Below, piece after piece: positions 1 to 8,738 of a stretch of DNA of 64,000 nucleotides; positions within the stretch are counted from its first letter, which is position 1, and each line of letters starts with the position of its first letter. Below the pieces are notes generated by a model that searched no databases, had not been told where the DNA came from, and was given only the letters and a program-made list of their open reading frames with translations. Origin of the DNA: a virus (lineage: Duplodnaviria > Caudoviricetes); the IMG/VR virus record IMGVR_UViG_3300014205_000219, positions 5,057 through 69,056 of that record. The stretch is one strand, 5' to 3'. The translations under genes were made by a program, and so were the position numbers.

Positions 1-265
1 GTGGTAGGTTAAGGACGTCTAGGAAATCAGACCCTTCTTTTAACCCTGCAATAGAGGCAATATTATTCATTGTAATGATTAATTTATCATTTATAGGGAA
101 ATACACTGGAAGAGAACCAAAGTTACCTGAGAATGTAAATTTAGCCATATTAACACCGTTTAATAAAGCATCAGATATTGATATTATTTGTGCCGTGTAG
201 TCCCCGTCTTGGATGTTTTTATTCACTATCCCGGCAGGAATCTTTTTCTTTCTAATTGTTAACAT
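1..265 (-). CDS. Hypothetical protein, partial (runs off window edge)
   Basis: Hand translation from ATG 265: MLTIRKKKIPAGIVNKNIQDGDYTAQII..., open to position 1; overlaps stop of next ORF. Confidence 0.6.
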   Translation of the reverse strand, partial: MLTIRKKKIPAGIVNKNIQDGDYTAQIISISDALLNGVNMAKFTFSGNFGSLPVYFPINDKLIITMNNIASIAGLKEGSDFLDVLNLP

Positions 266-513
266 TCCACAACCTCCTCCACAAGCTCAGCTATTGATAT
301 TTCGGCAAGTACGTCGGAGAGGGGGCGGAAGTGACGTTTGTGAAAGTGTTGCGTGCCTCCTAATGAATTGTACTCATATCCAATTACATTAAAACTATCA
401 GAATGAAGTCTACTTTGAACTACTCTTACAATTGAGTAATCTGGCGGGTATACAGAAAGATGTACGTTGTAAGCATCTTTTGGCGCACCAGTGTATTTAA
501 ATACCATTTCCAT
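259..513 (-). CDS. Hypothetical phage protein
   Basis: ORF track, in dense minus-strand operon. Confidence 0.6.
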   Translation of the reverse strand: MEMVFKYTGAPKDAYNVHLSVYPPDYSIVRVVQSRLHSDSFNVIGYEYNSLGGTQHFHKRHFRPLSDVLAEISIAELVEEVVEC

Positions 514-555
514 ACTATTCTATTTTATTGAGTTATTAATTACTGGGGGTGGGGG

Positions 556-891
556 TTAAAAATACATTACTCGTTTATACTTAGGCCTTGTTAACACAGA
601 GTGATAAACATGGTGTTTGTAAGTTATTTTAATGTACGTGTCGTTTATTTTTAAAACTTCATAATCTTCACTATCCACTTTTACATAAAGTTCTTTCAAA
701 TAAACTTTATCCATTCCCCATTGACAAATTTCTGTAAGTACCCACATAGCTACCTGAAAATCATCATTCACTTCCTTTAATAACGATTCTTTATCGGCAA
801 TATCTTCTACCCTTTTAATGTTTATTTTGCTGTAATTATTATCAACAAAATCATGTATAAAATCGCAAATTATTTTTTCTGACTTTCTCAT
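556..891 (-). CDS. Hypothetical phage protein
   Basis: ORF track, 111 aa. Confidence 0.7.
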   Translation of the reverse strand: MRKSEKIICDFIHDFVDNNYSKINIKRVEDIADKESLLKEVNDDFQVAMWVLTEICQWGMDKVYLKELYVKVDSEDYEVLKINDTYIKITYKHHVYHSVLTRPKYKRVMYF

Positions 892-893
892 CT

Positions 894-1118
894 CTATTTC
901 TTTTTAATATAATACGTACTATCCTTATTAATTCTTGCTGTAATGCCATTGCACTTAGCTAGGGAGTCAATATACCTATCACGTTCATTACACGCATTCG
1001 ATACGTGGTAAGCGCATTGATCTGACATTATAGCGAACGTTGCAGCTATACCGATTGCGGCACCTGCGCAGAGTAGGGCGAGGGATTTCATTTTATTGTA
1101 AGGGTTAGAAAAACACAT
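894..1118 (-). CDS. Small membrane-anchored hypothetical protein
   Basis: N-terminal hydrophobic stretch LALLCAGAAIGIAATFAIM. Confidence 0.6.
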   Translation of the reverse strand: MCFSNPYNKMKSLALLCAGAAIGIAATFAIMSDQCAYHVSNACNERDRYIDSLAKCNGITARINKDSTYYIKKK

Positions 1119-1327
1119 ATTCCAGTACCCACAAGTAACCCTGCAACAAAACCAAACAATGTCATAGTCCAGTCCTTTGGCGGTTTTTTGCTCACTTCTT
1201 TTTTATAGAAGTCAACCTGCATATTGAGGGAAACAATTTCATTTCTATACTCTGTTAAATCAGAGTTTAGTTGTGAGTGCTTTTCGCTTAGCTTAAAGTA
1301 CTCTACTTCGTAGTCTGGCTGGCTCAT
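1088..1327 (-). CDS. Coiled-coil protein with C-terminal TM helix
   Basis: Heptad-like N-terminus, hydrophobic C-terminus; ATGA coupling. Confidence 0.65.
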   Translation of the reverse strand: MSQPDYEVEYFKLSEKHSQLNSDLTEYRNEIVSLNMQVDFYKKEVSKKPPKDWTMTLFGFVAGLLVGTGICVFLTLTIK

Positions 1328-1527
1328 GGCTTTACTTTCTTTGATAATCGGTTAAACGTTTTTTCGGATATTTTTACAAATCCTTTTAAATCTGGCGTGT
1401 CTATTGACCTTCTCTTTGAGTTATAAAAGTATATTGGTATTCCCGTGATGGCTATTTCCAAAAATTCCTGACTAAAAATTAACTCACCTGTATTTGAGTT
1501 CTTATAGTAAGTGTATTTGGTTATCAT
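1324..1527 (-). CDS. Hypothetical protein
   Basis: ATGA overlaps with both neighbours. Confidence 0.65.
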   Translation of the reverse strand: MITKYTYYKNSNTGELIFSQEFLEIAITGIPIYFYNSKRRSIDTPDLKGFVKISEKTFNRLSKKVKP

Positions 1528-1706
1528 AGCTTTACAGTCTCCAATGCTTTAAGTGAATAGATGTTTACTTCTGCTCTTTTGATGTTACGGTCAATTTCTT
1601 CCCGTTCTCGTGTTAACTCGTCAATCTTAGCTGTAACGTTTAATCGGTCAATCTGCAAATCCATTGCGATCTTTTCCTGTTCCTGTATTTGTTGTGTCGT
1701 TGTCAT
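1524..1706 (-). CDS. Small coiled-coil hypothetical protein
   Basis: ORF track; ATGA overlap. Confidence 0.65.
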   Translation of the reverse strand: MTTTQQIQEQEKIAMDLQIDRLNVTAKIDELTREREEIDRNIKRAEVNIYSLKALETVKL

Positions 1707-1727
1707 GGTGTTTGGTTTAATGCTTGG

Positions 1728-1952
1728 TTACATAGTTGACTGATTGTAGATTTTCTCTAATTCTTTGAAAATAACCATTGTTGTATCTGTCATTTCAGAG
1801 TATTTTGCTTTTGATGGAATGCATGTTTTTATTGATGCAAGACTAGCGTTAAATCTAGCGTACAATTCAAATAGTTCGTTTTTAGATTCTATTGTTATTG
1901 TTAGTTCGACAGGATTAAATTTTTCTGTTTTGCGTGTTGATTTTACTTTCAT
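1728..1952 (-). CDS. Hypothetical protein
   Basis: ORF track. Confidence 0.6.
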   Translation of the reverse strand: MKVKSTRKTEKFNPVELTITIESKNELFELYARFNASLASIKTCIPSKAKYSEMTDTTMVIFKELEKIYNQSTM

Positions 1953-2029
1953 GGTTGGTGTGTTATGGGTTAATACTTACTTGGTTAGCTATTAAAATTA
2001 CATTAAACATTCATTTATTCAACGGTCAT

Positions 2030-2257
2030 TTATTCAACGCTCACAGCATCCTCCGAAGAGCACCAATGATAAACATCAAAGGCAATCGTGATGCGTCCTT
2101 TTTCGTCAATAAATAAATCGTCACCACTTATAAACTCGCCCTTACGCCAGTTTTCATTTTCGTCTTTAATTTGATACCAAACGGTTTGCCCATCTAAAGG
2201 AAGTGTTAGTCGATTTAATTTTATTTCTGTTACTTTTTTAAATTCTATATGTGCCAT
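2030..2257 (-). CDS. Hypothetical protein
   Basis: ORF track. Confidence 0.65.
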   Translation of the reverse strand: MAHIEFKKVTEIKLNRLTLPLDGQTVWYQIKDENENWRKGEFISGDDLFIDEKGRITIAFDVYHWCSSEDAVSVE

Positions 2258-2269
2258 CTTACTTTATTT

Positions 2270-2635
2270 TTAGTTGTTGTTTAATAATTCAGGGTTAGTG
2301 TGGATAGTTCCTACCTTTTCATACAAAGGAATATTGAAGTTGAAATAATATCCGTCTCTTTTTAATGATATTGACATAGTTATATCATGCCAAACAACTT
2401 CAAAAACTAATCCAGACGGAGCTTTTACAAGATCACCAAAGTATATTTCTTCGCCATTCATGTATTTATAACCGGTGTATTGGCCTACTGATTCGGGTTT
2501 GACTTGCACGTTATAATCTAAGTGAGATGGTTTTTGATCAACTATCGCATGTCTATCATGCCTGCAAACATAATACCCATAAACCCACTCGTTGTTGTCA
2601 ATTCTTTGACCTCTAAATTTTATTATTCTTTCCAT
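2270..2635 (-). CDS. YopX-family protein
   Basis: Characteristic IKFRG...EWVYG...V.PESVGQYTG.K..NG.EIY.GD motif. Confidence 0.85.
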   Translation of the reverse strand: MERIIKFRGQRIDNNEWVYGYYVCRHDRHAIVDQKPSHLDYNVQVKPESVGQYTGYKYMNGEEIYFGDLVKAPSGLVFEVVWHDITMSISLKRDGYYFNFNIPLYEKVGTIHTNPELLNNN

Positions 2636-2761
2636 AATTTCTTTATTTTTTTAGTCTTTGCTCCCTGTTTACTAGCCCTGCTTCTCACAGCCTTAGAATG
2701 CTCTTTACCGTCTTTAGATTGTCTAATACGATAAACATTATAGCAGGGAAGAGGGCGAGCA

Positions 2762-3310
2762 TTATTTAATAAGCTTGATTATTTTGTTTATCATTTCAAG
2801 ATCAACTTTGTATTGTCCGATACACCCTACGTTTACAGATTTAACGTTACTTACTTCCAAAGCTTTCTTAATCTTAAAAATTGAACTTTCAGGATAAAAA
2901 GTGTGATTAATTGTAACGCCTTCAATAGCTGATTTAACTGGGTATTCACCAATCATAAGAGGCTGTTCTTTTATTATGGTAGCCCATTTATCAATATCTC
3001 CATCATAAATAACACCATGCGGTTCTCCATTGGCTCCGACAGCATAAACACAATTAGGATACAACGAGCATAGTGTAATCCCTCTTATAACTTCGTATTG
3101 ATAGTCACTATGAGCAGATTTAAATTTGCATCCTATTGGATATTTTTTAATGGCCTCTTCAAGAAGCGCGGCCATATTTGGTTTACCTTGTTTAAGCGCT
3201 TCAACTTCTTTTTGAATGTCCGCTAATTGTTTTTCTAAATCTTGTAATGTTTTCATCTTATTAATTCCAAATAAATACCCATTTGGTAGGGATTGAGTTA
3301 TTAATTTCAT
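2762..3310 (-). CDS. Hypothetical protein (likely start ATG 3256)
   Basis: ORF track; A-rich leader before MKTLQDLEK. Confidence 0.7.
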   Translation of the reverse strand: MKLITQSLPNGYLFGINKMKTLQDLEKQLADIQKEVEALKQGKPNMAALLEEAIKKYPIGCKFKSAHSDYQYEVIRGITLCSLYPNCVYAVGANGEPHGVIYDGDIDKWATIIKEQPLMIGEYPVKSAIEGVTINHTFYPESSIFKIKKALEVSNVKSVNVGCIGQYKVDLEMINKIIKLIK

Positions 3311-3361
3311 TCATTACTATGTCAACGTATCGCAGACGGTAGTGTTTTGATAGGGGTGTTT

Positions 3362-3658
3362 TCATGGGTTGGTTTCTTCGATGCATTGGGTTAGTATTTC
3401 GATACGCTTTTCATAAGAACCCTCATACCCGTATTCAGCAGTTGGAAACCAAAACATCGAAGCTGAATTTGGCCGCTTAGAATTGAACTCTATAAATTGA
3501 CCTTCATGCATTATTTCAATGGGAATATTTAAAGACCTTAAAGCGTCTTCAATGCAAGAGCACATCCAAGTATTTATTTTGTCGTTAAAACGCTGGTTAC
3601 AATTTATTAGCGCTCTTCTATACACGTGATTTCTTTGTTCTTTAGTTAGTTTTTCCAT
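3362..3658 (-). CDS. Hypothetical protein
   Basis: ORF track. Confidence 0.65.
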   Translation of the reverse strand: MEKLTKEQRNHVYRRALINCNQRFNDKINTWMCSCIEDALRSLNIPIEIMHEGQFIEFNSKRPNSASMFWFPTAEYGYEGSYEKRIEILTQCIEETNP

Positions 3659-3660
3659 GA

Positions 3661-3825
3661 TTACTTAGTGTTTAAAAATTCGATTAGCTTAGCTGGAATG
3701 TATTTCTTATAGCATTTTATAAGTTTAATCTCAATGCCATTTTCAGTCTCTCTCCAAAAAACTAAACCATCTAATGCTGATTTTGCAACGGCAAACTTTT
3801 CTACTGATGTTGTTATTATTTCCAT
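3661..3825 (-). CDS. Small hypothetical protein (54 aa, not in ORF track)
   Basis: Hand translation MEIITTSVEKFAVAKSALDGLVFWRE...; fills gap with 2-nt spacing on both sides. Confidence 0.65.
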   Translation of the reverse strand: MEIITTSVEKFAVAKSALDGLVFWRETENGIEIKLIKCYKKYIPAKLIEFLNTK

Positions 3826-3827
3826 GA

Positions 3828-4124
3828 TTACACAGTCTTTGCTTTGGTTAGTAGTGATTTGATGCGAGATATAGTACTGTTGCTTGTTCCTGTTTGTCCA
3901 AACCTTCCATTTAGGTATTCTATTTGTAGTTTAGCTTCACTTAACCCATTCACCAACTCCTCCACCAAATAACCGCTCGCTGCTATACGGGCGCTGGCTT
4001 GGGCTTCTGATGGGGTTGTACCATAGCACGTGAACGTTATTTTTCCGTCTACTTTTACTGATGTGTGGTAGTATCCGTTGCCAACTGTTATCACTTTTTC
4101 ACTTATCTCAATTTTCTTTTCCAT
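3828..4124 (-). CDS. Hypothetical protein
   Basis: ORF track. Confidence 0.65.
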   Translation of the reverse strand: MEKKIEISEKVITVGNGYYHTSVKVDGKITFTCYGTTPSEAQASARIAASGYLVEELVNGLSEAKLQIEYLNGRFGQTGTSNSTISRIKSLLTKAKTV

Positions 4125-4234
4125 TGTTGTAGGGGGTTAATTAGTTTAAAGGCTCTACTTTAAGCTCCAGAGTTTTAGAAGGTTGTTTATTCAGCTCCCA
4201 GTTATTCGGTGGAGCTTATACCGAGGGGGCGGGA

Positions 4235-4504
4235 TTACTTCTTTTCAATGATTATTACCTTATCTAACTTTTGATTATAAGCCGCTTTAAACCCGTCTTT
4301 GTATGCCCTTGAGTAGGTTTCGTTTCTTTCATGAACAACCGGTGCGGCTGCAAGTAAAATGACAGACATAAATAGCCATAAAATGTAATTCACCACAGAA
4401 ACTCCTGAAATAAATCTGTTTTGATATTTTGACAAAGCGGTTGTGATTGACATTGTTATTGCCGATAAAATCAGTATAGCGTATATAAAGTGTATTGTTG
4501 TCAT
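4235..4504 (-). CDS. Two-TM membrane protein
   Basis: Two hydrophobic segments. Confidence 0.65.
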   Translation of the reverse strand: MTTIHFIYAILILSAITMSITTALSKYQNRFISGVSVVNYILWLFMSVILLAAAPVVHERNETYSRAYKDGFKAAYNQKLDKVIIIEKK

Positions 4505-4506
4505 AA

Positions 4507-4701
4507 TTATTTTTGTTTTAATTCGTTTTCTTTTTTTATTAATGAGTTAATTCGTTTCCACACACTTGCGGTTGGAAGCCCTTCAATCTCTCTTTTTCTA
4601 GCTAATTTTCTACAAGCCGCTATTGCTATTTCGCAATCACTTAAATCCGTACAATCTTCCGCTGTGTAAATTCCGGACATTATATTTGTTCTTGTTGTCA
4701 T
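4507..4701 (-). CDS. Hypothetical protein
   Basis: ORF track. Confidence 0.65.
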   Translation of the reverse strand: MTTRTNIMSGIYTAEDCTDLSDCEIAIAACRKLARKREIEGLPTASVWKRINSLIKKENELKQK

Positions 4702-4771
4702 AACTTCTATTTTTTTTACTGGTTTATATTAAGAGGCTGGTGTTGTGATTATTCTTTATACGTGGTTAAAA

Positions 4772-5053
4772 TTAAATGGGTTGCGTTTTGGCCGCTAAAT
4801 GTGAATTAATTTCACGCTCCAATTCGCTGTTTTTGTCCTCTAATACTTCAATTGTACAGTCATAAAGATAATCAAATAGTTTTCCGGCGGCTGAATCTGT
4901 TAAAAATTCATTGTGCTGGGTATATCCAAAAGCCCAAAGTGTCTTTTTAGCGCGGATTATGTCCTGAATTAGGATAAGCTTTTCGTTGAGCCTGTCTTGT
5001 TTTTCTTCTTCCACACATTGGCGGAGTATTGCTAATATTCTAGGGTTTGTCAT
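4772..5053 (-). CDS. Hypothetical protein
   Basis: ORF track. Confidence 0.65.
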   Translation of the reverse strand: MTNPRILAILRQCVEEEKQDRLNEKLILIQDIIRAKKTLWAFGYTQHNEFLTDSAAGKLFDYLYDCTIEVLEDKNSELEREINSHLAAKTQPI

Positions 5054-5058
5054 GGTTA

Positions 5059-5178
5059 CTAGTTTTAGTATTGTTTTTTACTGGAGAATAGTTTATCTAT
5101 TGCCCTTTGTTTTTGATATTGGCGGCTGAATATGTATTTAATACGTCTTATTATAGCCTTAATGTGTCCTTTAATCAT
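5059..5178 (-). CDS. Small basic protein (39 aa)
   Basis: MIKGHIKAIIRRIKYIFSRQ...; ATGA-coupled to upstream ORF; ends TAG TAA. Confidence 0.5.
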
Positions 5179-5345
5179 AGTTCGTTAATACTATTTATTT
5201 CTTCCTGAGTGAGGTATGTAATACGTTTACCATAATACAGGGCGGCTAAAATGCTTTCTTTTTGATCTGATTCGGCGGGAAGTCCAAATTGATCGTAATA
5301 TCTGCATGCCAATTCGGCGGTTGTTTCTTGTTTTAATTTGTCCAT
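5175..5345 (-). CDS. Small hypothetical protein (56 aa)
   Basis: Hand translation MDKLKQETTAELACRYYDQFG...; typical A/C-rich leader. Confidence 0.6.
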   Translation of the reverse strand: MDKLKQETTAELACRYYDQFGLPAESDQKESILAALYYGKRITYLTQEEINSINEL

Positions 5346-5366
5346 GATTATATAAGGGTTAAAGGG

Positions 5367-6254
5367 TTAAAGCCAATTTAATTGTTTTGCTACTCTGTTA
5401 ATCTCAGTGAAGGCTATTCTATGGCAACCAATAAGTACAAAGTCTTTGTTTACTTCCTATACTGAGTACTGCATGATTTTTTGTCCGCAATCACCATTTA
5501 AACAGCCGCCAGATTTATTAATTTTAATAAGCCAGTTAAAGAAACGTTTGGCAATTCCTTCAGGAATCTCTACATTTTGGCTAGTTTCAATGCGTTTTTT
5601 GTCGGTATTGTAGCGCAAATAGTCCATTCCATTACGCACATACAGTGAATTAGTTTTAAAATCCCTGAATTTGCGAAGTTCTTTTACGTGTTCTTTCTTT
5701 AGCTCAGCCTGTCTTTTTGCTTCGCGCTATTTAATTGCAGCCTCTTTAATTTCTGCGTATTTTGCAAACTCGTCTTTATTGGACACCGCTAATAAGGCAG
5801 CTAATTCGGATTTTAACTCTTTATAATCAAAACCAATAAAATTGGAATACCTTTCTACCTTGTCGCGCAACTGGTCTAATTGTGTTAGGTATAATTCAGG
5901 CTTTTTAGCTTTTGCCAGTTTTAGCCCGATTTGTTCAGCCTCTTTTATCCAATATTCTAAATTTTCGTATTTGTCCCCGGCTGGATATGGGCAATATATT
6001 AAATTCAAATGATTTGCGGCGCTTCTCACCGTGCTAATATGTTTGGCGGTGGTATTTGAATAAGAACGAGTGGTAAATAAAGTTCCTCTATTTCCATCAA
6101 TGCCTATTGAGTGCATAGCAATACAGAAATGATAGCCATAAGAATATATTTTGTCGTTGTTAAAATACAGATTACCGTTTGATGTTCTGGCCTCGTCTTG
6201 GATTTTATTAGCCCATAAGTGAGCTACATTTTCAGGTGATACTACTTTTTTCAT
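5367..6254 (-). CDS. Phage protein of 295 codons containing two in-frame TAG codons (5727-5729, 5457-5459)
   Basis: Track ORFs 5727-6254 and 5457-5639 share one frame; the gaps translate without other stops to a TAA at 5367; C-terminus ...LIGCHRIAFTEINRVAKQLNWL. Confidence 0.7.
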
Positions 6255-6334
6255 AATGGTTAAGTTTTAAGGTTTATATCTCAGATTTGTAAGGAATTAA
6301 TGTTTATTTATTTTGTCACAGATTTGTAAGGAAG

Positions 6335-6523
6335 TTATTTATATAGCTTTTCAAGCTCATTAATTAAGTTTTCATGAAATTGCCTGATATTGTTTTTAAT
6401 ATTTGCGGGCAAATACATTGAGACATGCGAATATTGATTTATTTTATTTTCTAATTCAGCGCAAAGGCAATTTAATTCTTCTAATGCATTGTGGTTGGCT
6501 TCTTTTATTGGTTTTGCTTTCAT
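6335..6523 (-). CDS. Hypothetical protein
   Basis: ORF track. Confidence 0.55.
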   Translation of the reverse strand: MKAKPIKEANHNALEELNCLCAELENKINQYSHVSMYLPANIKNNIRQFHENLINELEKLYK

Positions 6524-6534
6524 GGCTTTTAGTA

Positions 6535-6801
6535 TTATAGATTTGTAATGATTTCTAAATTATATCCTTCGCTTTCCAATTCGGCGGCTAAATCTTTGTA
6601 TTGTTCTGGGGCGGCTATTTCTAATCCTTTTGCGTACCAAATATTGCACGCGTTGTGCTGCCCTACATGAGAATAACAGGTATAAAAATCGCCTTTTGGC
6701 AAGCCTTGTGAATTTTCATGTGCTTCTGTAAATAACGCTAGTATATCGCCATCATCTTCGATTAAGAATATTACTTTAGTTTTATGTTTATCTTTTTTCA
6801 T
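6535..6801 (-). CDS. Hypothetical phage protein
   Basis: YTCYSHVGQH...A..EQY.DL..ELE..GYNL pattern resembling a common small phage protein. Confidence 0.7.
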   Translation of the reverse strand: MKKDKHKTKVIFLIEDDGDILALFTEAHENSQGLPKGDFYTCYSHVGQHNACNIWYAKGLEIAAPEQYKDLAAELESEGYNLEIITNL

Positions 6802-6810
6802 TGTATTTGA

Positions 6811-6990
6811 TTAGTTAAGTGAATAATTAGGGGCAATGGGTGTAAAAATGGCGTGATTCTCGGCGGCTGTCAGTCTATCTATGGTGAGAACGTTGTTTAA
6901 CACTACTTTCATAAGACATTTATGTGTAAATCTTATTCTGGCGGCTAACATTATCTTGTTCTGTTTGCGTTTTAAATCTCTGTAATTCAT
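6811..6990 (-). CDS. Small hypothetical protein (59 aa)
   Basis: Hand translation MNYRDLKRKQNKIMLAARIRF...; ATGA-coupled. Confidence 0.55.
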   Translation of the reverse strand: MNYRDLKRKQNKIMLAARIRFTHKCLMKVVLNNVLTIDRLTAAENHAIFTPIAPNYSLN

Positions 6991-7283
6991 GGGTTTTTAG
7001 ATTTGCGGTTAATAACTCGTGTAGGATATCCTATTAATTTGTATTCTCTTAAATCGTGGGATAATAAGCTCTCTTTCTTACCAATTGGGCTTAATTTGTC
7101 GCTCATTTCTAAATTAGTAAACGAACTATTACACTCGTATTCGCTACAATCTTCCCATCCTTGTCCGTAATTTTGTTGTATTACTCTGCAATAATTGTGT
7201 TTAAGTTGTTTTTTATGTGGCGTTCCGGCGGCTGAATCTAATATTAAGCCTGAATTCGTGAATATTTGAATGTTTCTTTTCAT
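6987..7283 (-). CDS. Hypothetical protein (likely start ATG 7283)
   Basis: ORF track 6987-7328; leader taacccctttaaaacctataacc precedes MKRNIQ. Confidence 0.65.
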   Translation of the reverse strand: MKRNIQIFTNSGLILDSAAGTPHKKQLKHNYCRVIQQNYGQGWEDCSEYECNSSFTNLEMSDKLSPIGKKESLLSHDLREYKLIGYPTRVINRKSKNP

Positions 7284-7473
7284 GGTTATAGGTTTTAAAG
7301 GGGTTATTAAGCTAATACAGAGAAGCATATAAATAATGCATCCATACTCATTGTTACTAAAATCGCTTTAACAGCGTGTAATTTTGTGCCTTTCAAGGCT
7401 GGAATTGTCATTAGTGTTATCATGGTTTTGTGTATTTAATTGATTTGTAAATTTTACGTTTGCTATTCGGCGG

Positions 7474-7800
7474 CTAAACCTTAATTATAATCCTATTCAT
7501 TAAAGATATATACTTATTTAATAACACTAACCCTCTTCTACTTCCTTTTACTATTATGCCATTAATATAAATATCTTCATATATAATTTTAGTAACATAT
7601 GCAACATTAACTATCCTATTACGGTGAACTCTTATAAACCAATCAGGTAAGCCTAAAGCTATATTATTTAAACTAATACATTTCATTAATCTCTGATCTT
7701 TAAAATACACTTTACAGTAATTACCACAACTCTCAATAAGCCAAATACACTCAACATCAATTAAATACACATTTTTATTATCTTTAATCTCTATATTCAT
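7474..7800 (-). CDS. Stand-alone LytTR-type DNA-binding domain protein
   Basis: I..IES.GNY.KV...SL......LP.WFIRVHR..IVN..YV pattern of LytTR domains. Confidence 0.8.
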   Translation of the reverse strand: MNIEIKDNKNVYLIDVECIWLIESCGNYCKVYFKDQRLMKCISLNNIALGLPDWFIRVHRNRIVNVAYVTKIIYEDIYINGIIVKGSRRGLVLLNKYISLMNRIIIKV

Positions 7801-7818
7801 ATCTATTGTTTACTTATT

Positions 7819-7826
7819 CAAAGATA
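7819..7826 (-). promoter_or_regulatory. Bacteroidota -7 promoter box TATCTTTG driving leftward genes
   Basis: Matches TAnnTTTG, 18 nt upstream of LytTR ATG; -33 box not evident. Confidence 0.5.
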
Positions 7827-8207
7827 CATCATCATTCCATATTCCTGCGTTTTCTATCAACCCTAATTACCGCTTACATAGTTATTCAACCTTTCATCAC
7901 ATTTATTCCCTAATCACCTCACTTTCAACGCCAATAACATAACAATTAACCATAACACACATTCCACAACACCACAAATAACCCATTAATATGCTAAATA
8001 TAGCGGATATAGGTATGGTTGAGGGATTATGCTCTAACTACACATGTCTACACTCATTAACTATACAATATGCTTCAACTAAGCACACTTGCACACATAA
8101 ATATATTACACACAACACGCCACAATAATCTAATTTGTACGATAATCTGCTTAAATAGTTTCCAAAACATAAAGAATATTTGTTATATTTATCGAAATTT
8201 ACGGGGT

Positions 8208-8426
8208 ATGTATAAAGAATATTTAAAAAAGCGTATAATTGATGCGCGGAAAGAGGCTAAATTAACCAAAAGTGACATGGCGGGTAAATTAGGAATAACA
8301 CTTCCTACTTATTATAAGTTTGAAAGGGAAGGGATAATTAGCCTAAATCACTATATCCAATTGTGTGACATTCTAAACTTACACATTCAGATAATACCAA
8401 AACATTTCCTTACAGAATTGAGATAG
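8208..8426 (+). CDS. XRE/Cro-C1 family HTH regulator (start ATG 8208)
   Basis: IIDARKEAKLTKSDMAGKLGITLPTYYKFERE helix-turn-helix pattern. Confidence 0.85.
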   Translation: MYKEYLKKRIIDARKEAKLTKSDMAGKLGITLPTYYKFEREGIISLNHYIQLCDILNLHIQIIPKHFLTELR

Positions 8427-8659
8427 AATGAACACACTCTTATTTCCTTTCAATATTGAGACGGCATTATAACTAATCATTTAACATCACACGTCTCACA
8501 CTAATTACAATTTATTCCGCCCAATCTCGTCTTACCATCCCCAAAAATTAACATTTCCTCAAAATCCATTCCAAAGTCAATTCCAATAGCTTTTTAGCCC
8601 CGGTACATCGGTTCAAATGTTTTTTGTGGAAATAATGGTGCATAGTCCCGTTCTAACAT

Positions 8660-8692
8660 ATAAAAATTATAAAAAAAATTATAAAAAAAATT
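8660..8692 (+). repeat. Short AT-rich tandem repeat (ATAAAAAAAATT x2 plus partial copy)
   Basis: Read directly: ataaaaatt ataaaaaaaatt ataaaaaaaatt. Confidence 0.6.
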
Positions 8693-8702
8693 AGAATATT
8701 TT

Positions 8703-8734
8703 TTTGGGGTACAATGGTGTTTTTATTATCTTTG
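8703..8734 (+). promoter_or_regulatory. Bacteroidota sigmaA-type promoter TTTG-N20-TATCTTTG
   Basis: Both boxes with 20-nt spacer; ATG follows 4 nt later. Confidence 0.75.
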
Positions 8735-8738
8735 TAAT

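Noticed and set aside
8070-8207. N-terminal extension of the XRE ORF given by the track
   Set aside because: Low-complexity C/A-skewed non-coding-like sequence; ATG 8208 gives a typical XRE length.
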